Source: Candidatus Parcubacteria bacterium (lineage in GTDB: Bacteria; Patescibacteriota; Patescibacteriia; Magasanikbacterales; UBA922). Taken from it: a DNA stretch of 48,440 bases. Below are positions 34,135-43,251 of the stretch, one piece after another (the stretch's first letter is position 1; every line of letters starts with the position of its first letter). A model generated the notes under the pieces. That model did not search any database. It saw only the letters and a program-made list of their open reading frames with translations, and was not told the origin of the DNA. The stretch lies in assembly GCA_002869205.1 (NCBI GenBank), contig PKTJ01000023.1:1-48440 (forward strand), given 5' to 3'. The position numbers and the translations under genes were made by a program.

Positions 34135-36231
34135 TTATTTGAGACCGATATCCCCTGCAATTTCACGCATAGAATCAATTGCAATAGTCAAAAATTCATC
34201 CAAAGTCAATCCTAGCTGCTCACATTCTTTTATGACATTCCGGTCAACGTTTGCAGCAAATTTTTTATCTTTCATTTTTTTCTTTACTGACTTTGCTTCA
34301 AGGTCCATAATTTTGTTTGGACGCATGAGTGATGTGGAATAAATAAGTCCGGTCACTGTTTCGCTGCACGCTAGAGCATGTTCGAGTTCTTGTGAGCGTT
34401 TCATATCTTTCATGCCTGCACAATCAAAACCATATCCGTGAGATAGGACAATAGTAATGAAGTCTTCGTCAAATCCTTTTTCTTTGAGAAGTTCCGGAGC
34501 TTTTGTAAGATGTGTGGTGGAGTCGTGTTCAGTAATTTCCCAATCAATATCATGAAGGAGTCCGAGCATTCCCCAATATTCTTCGTCTTTTCCTAAGTGT
34601 TTTGCAAGACCGCGCATCACGGCTTCGGATTCTAAATAGTGATTTAAGTTTGCTTCTTTTTTTGTATATTCTTTTACAAACGCAAGAGCTTCTTCTCGAG
34701 AGATAGGGAGAATATAATCTATATTTTTTTTATTGTTAACTTGCTTACTTGTCAACTTGCTAACTTGAAGACTAGAATGTTCTGGTTTCATGAGTGGAAA
34801 CAAAACACATTCGCGAATAGGTTTGTCCATCATAAATGCAAAGAGTCTTTCACCAAATCCAAATCCACATGTTGGTGGCATACCGTGTTCGAGCATCTCT
34901 ACAAATTCAAAATCTGGCATCATAGCTTCGTCATCCCCTCTTTCGATAAGCTTTTGTTGTAGTTCAAATCGTTCGCGCTGGTCTACCGGATCGTTTAACT
35001 CTGAATAACCATTTCCTACTTCACTTCCAGCAATGATCACTTGGAAGCGTTCAGTCGTTTCTAAATCTTCTGGACGTGCTTTTGCTAGTGGCGAAATAAG
35101 TTTTGGGTGATTGATGAGAAATGCCGGCCCTGCAATATTACGTCGACAATATTTCCAGAGTGTGTCTGTGAGTCGTTCTTTGTTATCACCTTCATATTTC
35201 ACCTTTAATTTCTCAAGTTTTTTCTTCATCTCATCTTCAGTGGCTTTTGTGATGTCGATCTTTGTTTGTTTTTTGATTTCTTTTGCATATTCAACATGAG
35301 GCCACTCACCTGCAAGATCATATTCATATTCTTTTGTCTTGAACTTTGTGGTACCAAAGACTTCCTCAGCAATGCGTTGATATAATTCTTGGGTCAATTT
35401 CATGCCATCATTATAATTTGCATATGCCCAATAAAATTCCATGTTGGTAAATTCTTGCAAATGGTCAGGACTAGACCCTTCATTACGAAATACCTTGCCA
35501 ATTTCAAATGTCTTTTCAAATCCTGCTGCCATGAGACGTTTTTGCAAAAGTTCTCCGACAGAAATACGTAAGAAGACATCCAGATCAAAATCATTATGAT
35601 GTGTAGCAAATGGAGTTGCTTCTGCGCCACCTGTTGTGGTTTCGAGATAAGGAGTTTCTACTTCAAAAAATCCTTTTTCTTTCATAAATGTTCTTGTAAC
35701 ATCCCAAAATTTTGCTTTTTTATAAAACATGTCACGAATTTCTGGATTCAAGAGCAAATCAAGATAGCGTTTGCGTAGTCGTAGTTCTTCGTCTTGGATA
35801 CCGTGAAATTTGTCTGGCAATGGAAGGATTGCTTTTGAAAGAAGTGTCCATGTTTTTATTAAAACAGATTCTTCACCTTTATGTGTTTGAAATCTTTCGC
35901 CATCAATCAAAATAATATCACCAATATCAATTTTTTTGGTAAATAGTTTGTAGTTTTCATTTCCGAGCTCATCTTGCTTGAAAGCTATTTGCATTTTTCC
36001 TGATTCGTCCTGAAGATGACAAAAGGTAAGTTTACCCATGTCGCGTTTTGTCATGATACGGCCTGACACTTGCACTGACTCCCCTGCTTTCATGCCTAGA
36101 GCTTCAGAAACTGAATGGTTATTTTCAGTGTGAGCTGGGTATGGATTAATTCCAGATTCTTTCAAATCAGCGAGTTTTTTTAGGCGAATTTCGCGCTCAT
36201 CGTTTATGTTTAATTCAGGTTGTTTAGTCAT
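34135..36231 (-). CDS. lysS: lysyl-tRNA synthetase (class II) fused to a C-terminal HD-domain hydrolase
   Basis: The LysRS OB and class II core run up to ..CVLFPLMKPEH. A 20-aa linker follows, then an HD domain (GLLHDIDWE.., VLSHGYGF). The start was moved to the Met at 36231 (MTKQPEL). Confidence 0.9.
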   Translation of the reverse strand: MTKQPELNINDEREIRLKKLADLKESGINPYPAHTENNHSVSEALGMKAGESVQVSGRIMTKRDMGKLTFCHLQDESGKMQIAFKQDELGNENYKLFTKKIDIGDIILIDGERFQTHKGEESVLIKTWTLLSKAILPLPDKFHGIQDEELRLRKRYLDLLLNPEIRDMFYKKAKFWDVTRTFMKEKGFFEVETPYLETTTGGAEATPFATHHNDFDLDVFLRISVGELLQKRLMAAGFEKTFEIGKVFRNEGSSPDHLQEFTNMEFYWAYANYNDGMKLTQELYQRIAEEVFGTTKFKTKEYEYDLAGEWPHVEYAKEIKKQTKIDITKATEDEMKKKLEKLKVKYEGDNKERLTDTLWKYCRRNIAGPAFLINHPKLISPLAKARPEDLETTERFQVIIAGSEVGNGYSELNDPVDQRERFELQQKLIERGDDEAMMPDFEFVEMLEHGMPPTCGFGFGERLFAFMMDKPIRECVLFPLMKPEHSSLQVSKLTSKQVNNKKNIDYILPISREEALAFVKEYTKKEANLNHYLESEAVMRGLAKHLGKDEEYWGMLGLLHDIDWEITEHDSTTHLTKAPELLKEKGFDEDFITIVLSHGYGFDCAGMKDMKRSQELEHALACSETVTGLIYSTSLMRPNKIMDLEAKSVKKKMKDKKFAANVDRNVIKECEQLGLTLDEFLTIAIDSMREIAGDIGLK
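34733..34770 (-). repeat. family-D AACTTG-type 8-nt-periodic tract embedded in the lysS-HD linker
   Basis: TTGTTAACTTGCTTACTTGTCAACTTGCTAACTTGAAG has the same unit as the intergenic tract at 9685-9720. It is translated as ..LQVSKLTSKQVNN.. Confidence 0.6.
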
Positions 36232-36295
36232 ACAAAAAAACAAAGAAATTATGCTTAAATATAGGATAATTGTACCAAAAATGTGAGGAAAATAC

Positions 36296-36322
36296 AAATA
36301 CCCCCATCATGGGGGTATTTTT
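36296..36322 (-). terminator. intrinsic terminator after greA
   Basis: AAATACCCCC-ATCAT-GGGGGTATTT with flanking T/A runs. Confidence 0.65.
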
Positions 36323-36335
36323 GATGAAAATTGGC

Positions 36336-36800
36336 TTATTTTACTTCCAAAATTTTATAATCTTGGACTCCTGCAGGAAGGGTTATTTGTATTTTGTCTC
36401 CCTTGTTTTTTCCGATAAATGCGCTTCCTAGGGGAGATTCATTAGATATCTTGCCTGATAGAGGGTCTGCTTCTTGGGCTCCCACAATCGTATATTCTTT
36501 TTCAATCTTGTTTGACTTTACTCGGATTGTAGATCCAATCTGCACTGTCTTACTACCTGTGTTGGTGATGACCTCTGCATCATCAATAAGACGTTGGAGT
36601 TCTTTGACTCTGCTTTGGGCCCATGCCATTTCGTCTCGAGCTGAATGATATTCTGCATTTTCAGACAAATCTCCCAATTGGCGAGCCTCATCAATTCTTT
36701 TTGCGATTGTTGGGATTTTTTCAGATTTCAAATCACGATATTCCTTTTCGAGTTCATCGAGTTTATCTTGAGACATATATTGTGTCTTTTCATCAGTCAT
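36336..36800 (-). CDS. greA: transcription elongation factor GreA
   Basis: Typical length for GreA, with a coiled-coil N-domain carrying LSENAEYH..A and the C-terminal GreA/B fold. Confidence 0.9.
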   Translation of the reverse strand: MTDEKTQYMSQDKLDELEKEYRDLKSEKIPTIAKRIDEARQLGDLSENAEYHSARDEMAWAQSRVKELQRLIDDAEVITNTGSKTVQIGSTIRVKSNKIEKEYTIVGAQEADPLSGKISNESPLGSAFIGKNKGDKIQITLPAGVQDYKILEVK

Positions 36801-36844
36801 ATTTGGCTTAACTTAGTAAAACCTCGCACCATGTGGTACTGGGT

Positions 36845-36872
36845 AAAAAAAAGGGGTCGCTTGTGTGCGACT
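36845..36872 (-). terminator. intrinsic terminator after the PBP2 gene
   Basis: On the minus strand, a GTCGC-ACACAA-GCGAC hairpin followed by CCC and T8. Confidence 0.6.
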
Positions 36873-36920
36873 AAAATTAGTATATCATCCTTATTAAAAA
36901 GATCAATGAGGTTATCCACA

Positions 36921-38936
36921 TCAATTTTGAGTCTTGTATTGAGCCCACCACTCGAGAAATTCAGCTGCAATTGGTTCTGCAACCCAACCACCTTCCCCAC
37001 CCTCTTCTACAAGAATAGTAACAGCAATTTCTGGATTGTCGTATGGTGCAAAAGCAGTAAACCAGGCATGTGTGTCTCTGTTGCTATTCCATTGTGCTGT
37101 TCCTGTTTTTCCACCTGAGCCAAAAGGTAAACGACGTAAATCCCAACATGATCCGTGATCTACACAGTCGTACATCCCGAGCTTAATTGTTTCTAAATGA
37201 TTTTGATCTATGAAGTCACTATTAAGTACCTCTGATTGGATATATGTCTCTTCTCCTGTGTCTGGATCTATCATTTTTTGCACCACATGTGGTTTGTATA
37301 ACTTTCCTCCATTTGAGATTGCGGCTGTTACTGCTGTGATTTGCAGCGGTGTAATTAGTAAGTCACCTTGTCCGATTGATAAGTTGTACGTGTCACCCAC
37401 ATACCAACGCTCTCCTTTTTTGTCTTTTTTCCATTCAGGTGATGGTAAGAAGCCTTTTGCTTCCGATGGTAGATCTATACCAAGTTTTTCACTTAGTCCA
37501 TATTCTTTCAAATAATCTGTAATACGTTTTACCCCAAGGCCGACAAATTCTCTATATCCTCCACCAATATAGTAATAAAATGTATTAACAGACCAGGCAA
37601 TTGATTCTCGTACGTCTGTAATACCATGACCCCCTGCTTTCCAGTCTGGGAAAAACCATTGACCAACAGCAATACCACCTACACTTTTGAATGTCGTACG
37701 TGAGGTGATTACTTTTTCTTGAAGTGCGGCCGAGGCAATTGCGGGTTTGATAACTGAACCAGATGGATAGGTACCAGCAATAGATCTGTTGAAGAGTGGC
37801 CTACTTTCGTCTTGAATATAAGATGAATAGGTTTCGCTATCAATGCCACCAGAAAAATCATTATTATCAAACCCCGGTAGACTCACTAAGGCGAGTATTT
37901 CTCCTGTCTGTGGGTCCATTGCCACGCCTGCTGCGCGGGTTCGATTGACTTTATCCATACCTTTTTGCAAAAATAGTTCGAGTTGTTTTTGCATTTCATT
38001 ATCAATAGACAAGACAATATGAGCGCCTGATTTTGGAGATTCTTCCGCAAGAATTTGTTGTTCCTTACCTCGGGCATTTACTTCTATACGTTTTTTTCCA
38101 TAGACACCACGTAGGAATTCTTCGTATGTTTTTTCTACACCAATTTTTCCTATAGAATCAGACGGAAGGTAGCCTTTTTCATAGTAGGTCTCTAATTCTT
38201 CAGGTGAAAGTTTTCCAACATATCCGAGGATGTGGGAAATACTTGCGTGGTTGGAATCTAATTCTTCTTCATATATTTTTGTATCAGTAATTTCGTTCAT
38301 TCCTTCGTGTATGTAGAGCCGTTTACTTCCTCGTTGTATGTGAATACCTGGTAGTTCGCTTGCTGCAATTTGTACTTTTAGGGCGATTTCATAGGGTATG
38401 TCTTCATCCACGACAATAGATTCTCGTTGGTAGTGTCTGTATTTTTGTATAATATCTGAAATCTCTTCAACACTCTTGTTGGTAATGTCTGCTAGAGATA
38501 CAATGACCTGGTTTAATTCTATATTATCACGTGGTAAATCTTGTGGAATAACGGTTAGTGAGAAGTTTGGTACATTTTGTGTGAGTTGAATATTATTTCG
38601 ATCAAAGACAAGGCCGCGTTCAGATGGAATAGGTATAATACGTTGTCTATTCCCTTCTGCACGTGCACGATATTCATCACCTTGGAGAATTTGTAAATAT
38701 AATAATCGAGATACAATAAATACAAAACTCAGGGTGATCAACATGAGGAAATAGAATAATTTTTTTGTAGTAAAGCTACTGCCAATGTGCGAACTTCCTG
38801 AATCTACCACCTCTTCTCTTTGATTTGCGCCACCCATAGTCAAAGAATCCTCTACCCATGAGAGTTTATATCTACCACCTAGTGTATTGTTTTGATCCTT
38901 TGGGGAAATTGCAAAGGGATCGAAATCGTCGTACAT
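36921..38936 (-). CDS. mrdA: penicillin-binding protein 2 (elongasome transpeptidase)
   Basis: N-terminal TM and dimerisation domain, then transpeptidase motifs SGSVIK (SxxK), an SxN-region and KTGTA. It lies directly downstream of mreBCD. Confidence 0.85.
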   Translation of the reverse strand: MYDDFDPFAISPKDQNNTLGGRYKLSWVEDSLTMGGANQREEVVDSGSSHIGSSFTTKKLFYFLMLITLSFVFIVSRLLYLQILQGDEYRARAEGNRQRIIPIPSERGLVFDRNNIQLTQNVPNFSLTVIPQDLPRDNIELNQVIVSLADITNKSVEEISDIIQKYRHYQRESIVVDEDIPYEIALKVQIAASELPGIHIQRGSKRLYIHEGMNEITDTKIYEEELDSNHASISHILGYVGKLSPEELETYYEKGYLPSDSIGKIGVEKTYEEFLRGVYGKKRIEVNARGKEQQILAEESPKSGAHIVLSIDNEMQKQLELFLQKGMDKVNRTRAAGVAMDPQTGEILALVSLPGFDNNDFSGGIDSETYSSYIQDESRPLFNRSIAGTYPSGSVIKPAIASAALQEKVITSRTTFKSVGGIAVGQWFFPDWKAGGHGITDVRESIAWSVNTFYYYIGGGYREFVGLGVKRITDYLKEYGLSEKLGIDLPSEAKGFLPSPEWKKDKKGERWYVGDTYNLSIGQGDLLITPLQITAVTAAISNGGKLYKPHVVQKMIDPDTGEETYIQSEVLNSDFIDQNHLETIKLGMYDCVDHGSCWDLRRLPFGSGGKTGTAQWNSNRDTHAWFTAFAPYDNPEIAVTILVEEGGEGGWVAEPIAAEFLEWWAQYKTQN

Positions 38937-38990
38937 ATTCTTAAGATATTTCGGTTTATATAATTACTTTGTATATATTTATAATATAAA

Positions 38991-39022
38991 CCCCTCCCTA
39001 ACCCTCCCCTATGAGGGGTGGG
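38991..39022 (+). repeat. family-C hairpin motif (C2)
   Basis: CCCCTCCCTAACCCTCCCC-TATGA-GGGGTGGG. Confidence 0.55.
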
Positions 39023-39069
39023 TAAAACATGTATTTTATTTATCTGTTTACTCTGTTAATTATTTATCT

Positions 39070-39105
39070 GACCCCCCTTCGTAGGGGGAGTTGGAGGGGG
39101 TGTGG
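39070..39105 (-). repeat. family-C hairpin motif (C3, inverted)
   Basis: The reverse complement CCACACCCCCTCCAACTCCCCCTACGAAGGGGGGTC aligns with C1 at 8799. Confidence 0.55.
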
Positions 39106-39144
39106 TTTTAATTAAATTAAGTTTGATTTTATAATTTTACCTAC

Positions 39145-39648
39145 CTATAGAAAAGATGAGGTAAACTTTTTTGAAAATGTGGTTATGAGAAAATAAGAAA
39201 TGATTGTTCCAAGCATGGTAAATAACAATTCCCATGCAAATTTTATAAATAAATTATATATGAGAATATCTGCGACAAATGACATTAATACAATGTAGAG
39301 TATTCGGAATATGACTAAACCAGTAAGTGTAATGGCAAAAACAGAAAGCAAGGACTGGTTCGTAAAAAATCCTTTGTGTAACCAATAGAGAAAAAGGATG
39401 GAAAGTGTACCTGATATGATATACACACCGAATGGCGAGATACTATATATGTCCATAAAAAAATGTAAGATAAAAGAAAACCAAACAATTTTTCCAGAAC
39501 CATTAAAGACAATGAGTAGTATTAACACCAGAAAAGTGATGTTGAGGGTATTGAGAGGTGTTGGGAGTATATTAAAAAGGCCTATGTGGGCCATAGTAAG
39601 AAATAATGCAAATAGTAGTATAAGAATGCTATCAAGAATCTTCTTCAT
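39145..39648 (-). CDS. mreD: rod shape-determining protein MreD-like membrane protein
   Basis: 167 aa, fully hydrophobic with ~5 TM helices. It overlaps mreC by 17 nt in the canonical mreBCD position. The sequence itself is uninformative. Confidence 0.55.
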   Translation of the reverse strand: MKKILDSILILLFALFLTMAHIGLFNILPTPLNTLNITFLVLILLIVFNGSGKIVWFSFILHFFMDIYSISPFGVYIISGTLSILFLYWLHKGFFTNQSLLSVFAITLTGLVIFRILYIVLMSFVADILIYNLFIKFAWELLFTMLGTIISYFLITTFSKKFTSSFL

Positions 39649-40462
39649 AAGGTATAACGTCTCGTGTTATGTGTGTAATGATACTTACCACACTTAGGTG
39701 TGAAAGATCGGCTGTTGGGTTGAGGACTGCTTGTTGGAATGGTTCGTGTGGTTGTTTTTCTATTACCTCTACTACACCTATTACTAGACCACGAGGCATT
39801 CCTTCGGTAAGACCTGAAGTAACGATAGTATCTCCTGGTGAGACAACTTCATTTTGAGGAATAAAATTCATATGAACACCGAGTCCATAACCTCCTTCAA
39901 CAAGCCCAATGCTTTTTTCTCCATTGAGTATCATGGCCCCTACCCTACTCGTATTGTCATTGATAAGTTTTACAATTGCACTGTGTTTTTCTGTAGATAC
40001 GACTTTTCCAATGAGTATTCCTTTGCCGATGATAACAGGGTTGTTTTGGAATAATCCATGTAATTCACCTTTGTCTATGACGATTGTTGTTCCAAGAGGA
40101 TCCACAGTTCTTCCTATTACTTCTGCTCCGACATGTGTATATTGCCCAGATGACAAGAATTCTAGTTGACTTTTTAATTCTGTATTTTCATCTTCGAGAA
40201 GAGTCAGTCGTGTTTTGTCAACAAGGTTATTCTCCAATTCTTGTTCAAGATTTTTTACACTCTCTACAAGAGTTTGTTTATCCAGCTTCCCTACTTCTCG
40301 TGAGTCAAAGAATGTGCCTACGGAAGTAAAAGGTTTTGATCCAAGCTGGAGTAATGTAGAAAAACCATTTTCTATAGGTTTGAGCCAGCCTGCAGAATGT
40401 AAAAAAATGGTAAATATAATAATTACCAAAATTGCTATAAATGTTTTTTTCTTTGACACCAT
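39632..40462 (-). CDS. mreC: rod shape-determining protein MreC
   Basis: N-terminal TM helix, a coiled coil (LEDENTELKSQLE) and two beta-barrel-like G-rich segments. Confidence 0.8.
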   Translation of the reverse strand: MVSKKKTFIAILVIIIFTIFLHSAGWLKPIENGFSTLLQLGSKPFTSVGTFFDSREVGKLDKQTLVESVKNLEQELENNLVDKTRLTLLEDENTELKSQLEFLSSGQYTHVGAEVIGRTVDPLGTTIVIDKGELHGLFQNNPVIIGKGILIGKVVSTEKHSAIVKLINDNTSRVGAMILNGEKSIGLVEGGYGLGVHMNFIPQNEVVSPGDTIVTSGLTEGMPRGLVIGVVEVIEKQPHEPFQQAVLNPTADLSHLSVVSIITHITRDVIPYEEDS

Positions 40463-40476
40463 AGAGATGGTGGAGA

Positions 40477-41523
40477 TTATTTTTCGTTACGAGCTGATGG
40501 AAGTACCACTTCTTTCAAGAGTTCATCTTCTTCGAGTAGAATTCCTGCACCACGAACTACTGCAGTGAGAGGATCATCAATTACACGAACAGGAATTTCA
40601 GCAGCTTGTGATATCACAGTGTCGAGTCCTTTGAGAAGTGCTCCACCGCCCACAAGGAGTAGTCCTCGCTCGTGAATATCAGCGGTCAGTTCTGGAGGTG
40701 TAATTTCGAGTGTCATTTTTACATAATCAACAATTGTCTTTACACTTCGTTCGATAGCTTCGCGAATATGTTCATCAGAAATAGTAACTTCTTTTGGAAG
40801 ACCAGTGACGACGTCTCTACCTTTCATAGGAAATTCTATATGCTCATTATTTGTCATGGCAGAACCTACTTTTTTCTTTATTTCTTCGGCGTGAGTTTCA
40901 CCAACAAGTAGGCTAAACACTTCACGGGCGTATTGTATGATGTTTCTATTCATCTCATCTCCTGCAATAGGAGTAGATTTCCAAGTGACAACACCACTAA
41001 GTGATATAACTGCAATTTCAGTATTTCCTCCACCAATGTCCACCACCATGTTTCCTACTGCTTCGCGAATAGGAAGGCGTGCTCCGATTGCTGCTGCCAT
41101 AGGTTCTTGTACCACGTGCACTTCACGCGCTCCTGCTGAGAGTGTTGCATCTTCTACTGCCTTGATTTCTACTTCTGTCACATCTAGTGGTACTACGATT
41201 ACTACACGTGGGCGTGAGGCTAGAGAGAAGCCTTCTTGATGAACTTTATCAATAAAGTATTTAAGCATTTTTTCAGTTACCTCATAATCTGAAATCACAC
41301 CTTCGGTAAGAGGGCGGGTAACTTGAATATGGGGTGGAGTTTTACCAAGCATCTGTTTTGCTTCGTGTCCCACAGACAAAATTTGCTCTGTTTTGGTGTT
41401 TATAGCCACTACAGACGGTTCATCTATCACAATCCCCTTTTCCGGCGTGTATACGAGCGTATTTGCCGTCCCTAGATCAATAGCAACGTCTTTTCCTAGT
41501 TTTTTGAATAGTCCTTTGAACAT
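40477..41523 (-). CDS. mreB: rod shape-determining actin homolog MreB
   Basis: End-to-end MreB resemblance (DLGTANTLVY, VVDIGGGNTE, LVGGGALL). Confidence 0.95.
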   Translation of the reverse strand: MFKGLFKKLGKDVAIDLGTANTLVYTPEKGIVIDEPSVVAINTKTEQILSVGHEAKQMLGKTPPHIQVTRPLTEGVISDYEVTEKMLKYFIDKVHQEGFSLASRPRVVIVVPLDVTEVEIKAVEDATLSAGAREVHVVQEPMAAAIGARLPIREAVGNMVVDIGGGNTEIAVISLSGVVTWKSTPIAGDEMNRNIIQYAREVFSLLVGETHAEEIKKKVGSAMTNNEHIEFPMKGRDVVTGLPKEVTISDEHIREAIERSVKTIVDYVKMTLEITPPELTADIHERGLLLVGGGALLKGLDTVISQAAEIPVRVIDDPLTAVVRGAGILLEEDELLKEVVLPSARNEK

Positions 41524-41526
41524 ACT

Positions 41527-42012
41527 TTATTTTTTAATCTGTCCTTTGAGAAAATCAAGACCTGATTCTTTAATTGGATAGTTAAATGTCCTAACTAAGT
41601 TTTTTATAATCTTAAAGTGTTTTCTTCGAAAATTCAATTTATAATCTGAAGATCTTTTGAGACTATTTATTATGTGTATACTAATCCAATAACTTGAAGA
41701 ACCTCCATTTTGTGCTACTTTTTCATAAACACGTACATTTTTTATATTTGATTTTTGTATAAAAAATTTTTGACCTCGTTTTTCAATGATAAGATGATCT
41801 TTTTCTATGGTGAGATAGCTCCATGCAAATACTATTGGTATTGCAAACAAGACAAGTATTACAATCCATAAAGGTACTATATTATAATCTGACATGTCAA
41901 GAATAACATCAAATATATTCATTTTATATATCGCATAGAGTAATAAAACAAATACAACATAATATACAAATGTCTTATAATCAAGATCTAATACTCTAAA
42001 TCTTTGTTGCAT
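41527..42012 (-). CDS. hypothetical membrane protein (two N-terminal TM helices plus a soluble beta-rich domain)
   Basis: The hydrophobic N-terminal half is followed by LTIEKDHLIIEKRGQKFFIQKSNIKNVRVYEK, which may be bacterial PH-like. Confidence 0.4.
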   Translation of the reverse strand: MQQRFRVLDLDYKTFVYYVVFVLLLYAIYKMNIFDVILDMSDYNIVPLWIVILVLFAIPIVFAWSYLTIEKDHLIIEKRGQKFFIQKSNIKNVRVYEKVAQNGGSSSYWISIHIINSLKRSSDYKLNFRRKHFKIIKNLVRTFNYPIKESGLDFLKGQIKK

Positions 42013-42015
42013 ATC

Positions 42016-43251
42016 TTAAGCTTCATCAATATTTACTAAATTAGATTCTCCTTCATTTCTCATTTTAACTTCAACACTGTTTTGCTCCAAAGTTTTTGGA
42101 CTTATGATGATTCTCTTTGGAATACCAATGAGATCGCTATCTGCAAATTTTTGACCTGGACGAACACCTTCTCGGTCATCATACAGGACTTCAATACCTT
42201 GGTCTTGTAATTTCTTGTATATTTCATCAGCTTTTTTGATATCTTCTTCATCGCGACAAAGTGAAACAAGGTGTACGCTGTATGGTGCGACAGACTCTGG
42301 CCAGACAATACCGTGCTCATCAGATAAGATTTCTACGATTGCCCCCATGAGTCGTCCAAGACCAATACCGTAAGAACCCATGAACACGTGTTTGTTTTCT
42401 CCGTTTTCATCTGCATATACGAGATCAAAAGGTTCTGAAAATTTAGTACCTAGGGTAAAGATATTACCTACCTCAATTGCTTTTTTCTCGACAAGTTCGT
42501 CTTTGTTCAATTCAAGTTCAGATAGTACTTCATCTGTGTATACTTCTTTGTTCACTGCCAATTCTTTTTTCTCATCTACGTAAATGGTATCTTCACCAGC
42601 ATCAGTAATGGCTTGGAACTCATGTGAAAATTTTGAAAATGTACCACCTGAAGCAAACGTGATGTAGGTTAATTCTCCAATACCAACACGATTGAAAATA
42701 TTCTTGTATGCGATTTTTGATTTTTCATAAAAGTCGTTGTGTTGTTCCTCATCTTTTGAAAATGAGTACAATGCTTTCCAGAAAAATTCACGACCTCTCA
42801 TGATACCAGATTTACTTCTTGTTTCATTTCGAAAAATTTCTTTGAAATCATACGGATAGACAGGTAAATCTTTGTATGAATGTATATATTGTTTTAGAAT
42901 ATTTGAGTAGGCTTCTTCATTGGTAAAAGATAAGCCTACCTCTGTGCCATTTTTTAAGCTTGTTTTAAACCAATTATCCACGACACTGTCATCCCAACGG
43001 TTTGATTTTTCCCAGACCTCTTTGTTTTGTAATATAGAGGTCTTCATCTCCATACCGCCTACCACATCCATTTCTTCTCTGATAATATCTTCAATTTTTT
43101 TCATTACACGCAATCCTAATGGTAGATAGGTATAAACACCAGCCATTTCTTTGTGCAAAAATCCTGCTCGGATCAATAATTGAGCATTTTTGGAAACCTC
43201 GTCACTTGGAGCTTCTTTTCGTGTTTTGGTGAACAATTGTGTTTGTCTCAT
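42016..43251 (-). CDS. proS: prolyl-tRNA synthetase, short form without the large editing insertion
   Basis: Bacterial-type N-terminus (MRQTQLF.KT.KE.PSDE..KNAQLLIRAGF), class II core and anticodon-binding C-terminus. It is only 411 aa. Confidence 0.8.
   Translation of the reverse strand: MRQTQLFTKTRKEAPSDEVSKNAQLLIRAGFLHKEMAGVYTYLPLGLRVMKKIEDIIREEMDVVGGMEMKTSILQNKEVWEKSNRWDDSVVDNWFKTSLKNGTEVGLSFTNEEAYSNILKQYIHSYKDLPVYPYDFKEIFRNETRSKSGIMRGREFFWKALYSFSKDEEQHNDFYEKSKIAYKNIFNRVGIGELTYITFASGGTFSKFSHEFQAITDAGEDTIYVDEKKELAVNKEVYTDEVLSELELNKDELVEKKAIEVGNIFTLGTKFSEPFDLVYADENGENKHVFMGSYGIGLGRLMGAIVEILSDEHGIVWPESVAPYSVHLVSLCRDEEDIKKADEIYKKLQDQGIEVLYDDREGVRPGQKFADSDLIGIPKRIIISPKTLEQNSVEVKMRNEGESNLVNIDEA

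Noticed and set aside
36645-37118. 157-aa + strand ORF spanning the greA upstream region and the 3' end of the PBP2 gene
   Set aside because: It is antisense to two well-supported genes and crosses a terminator. Its product has no recognisable features.
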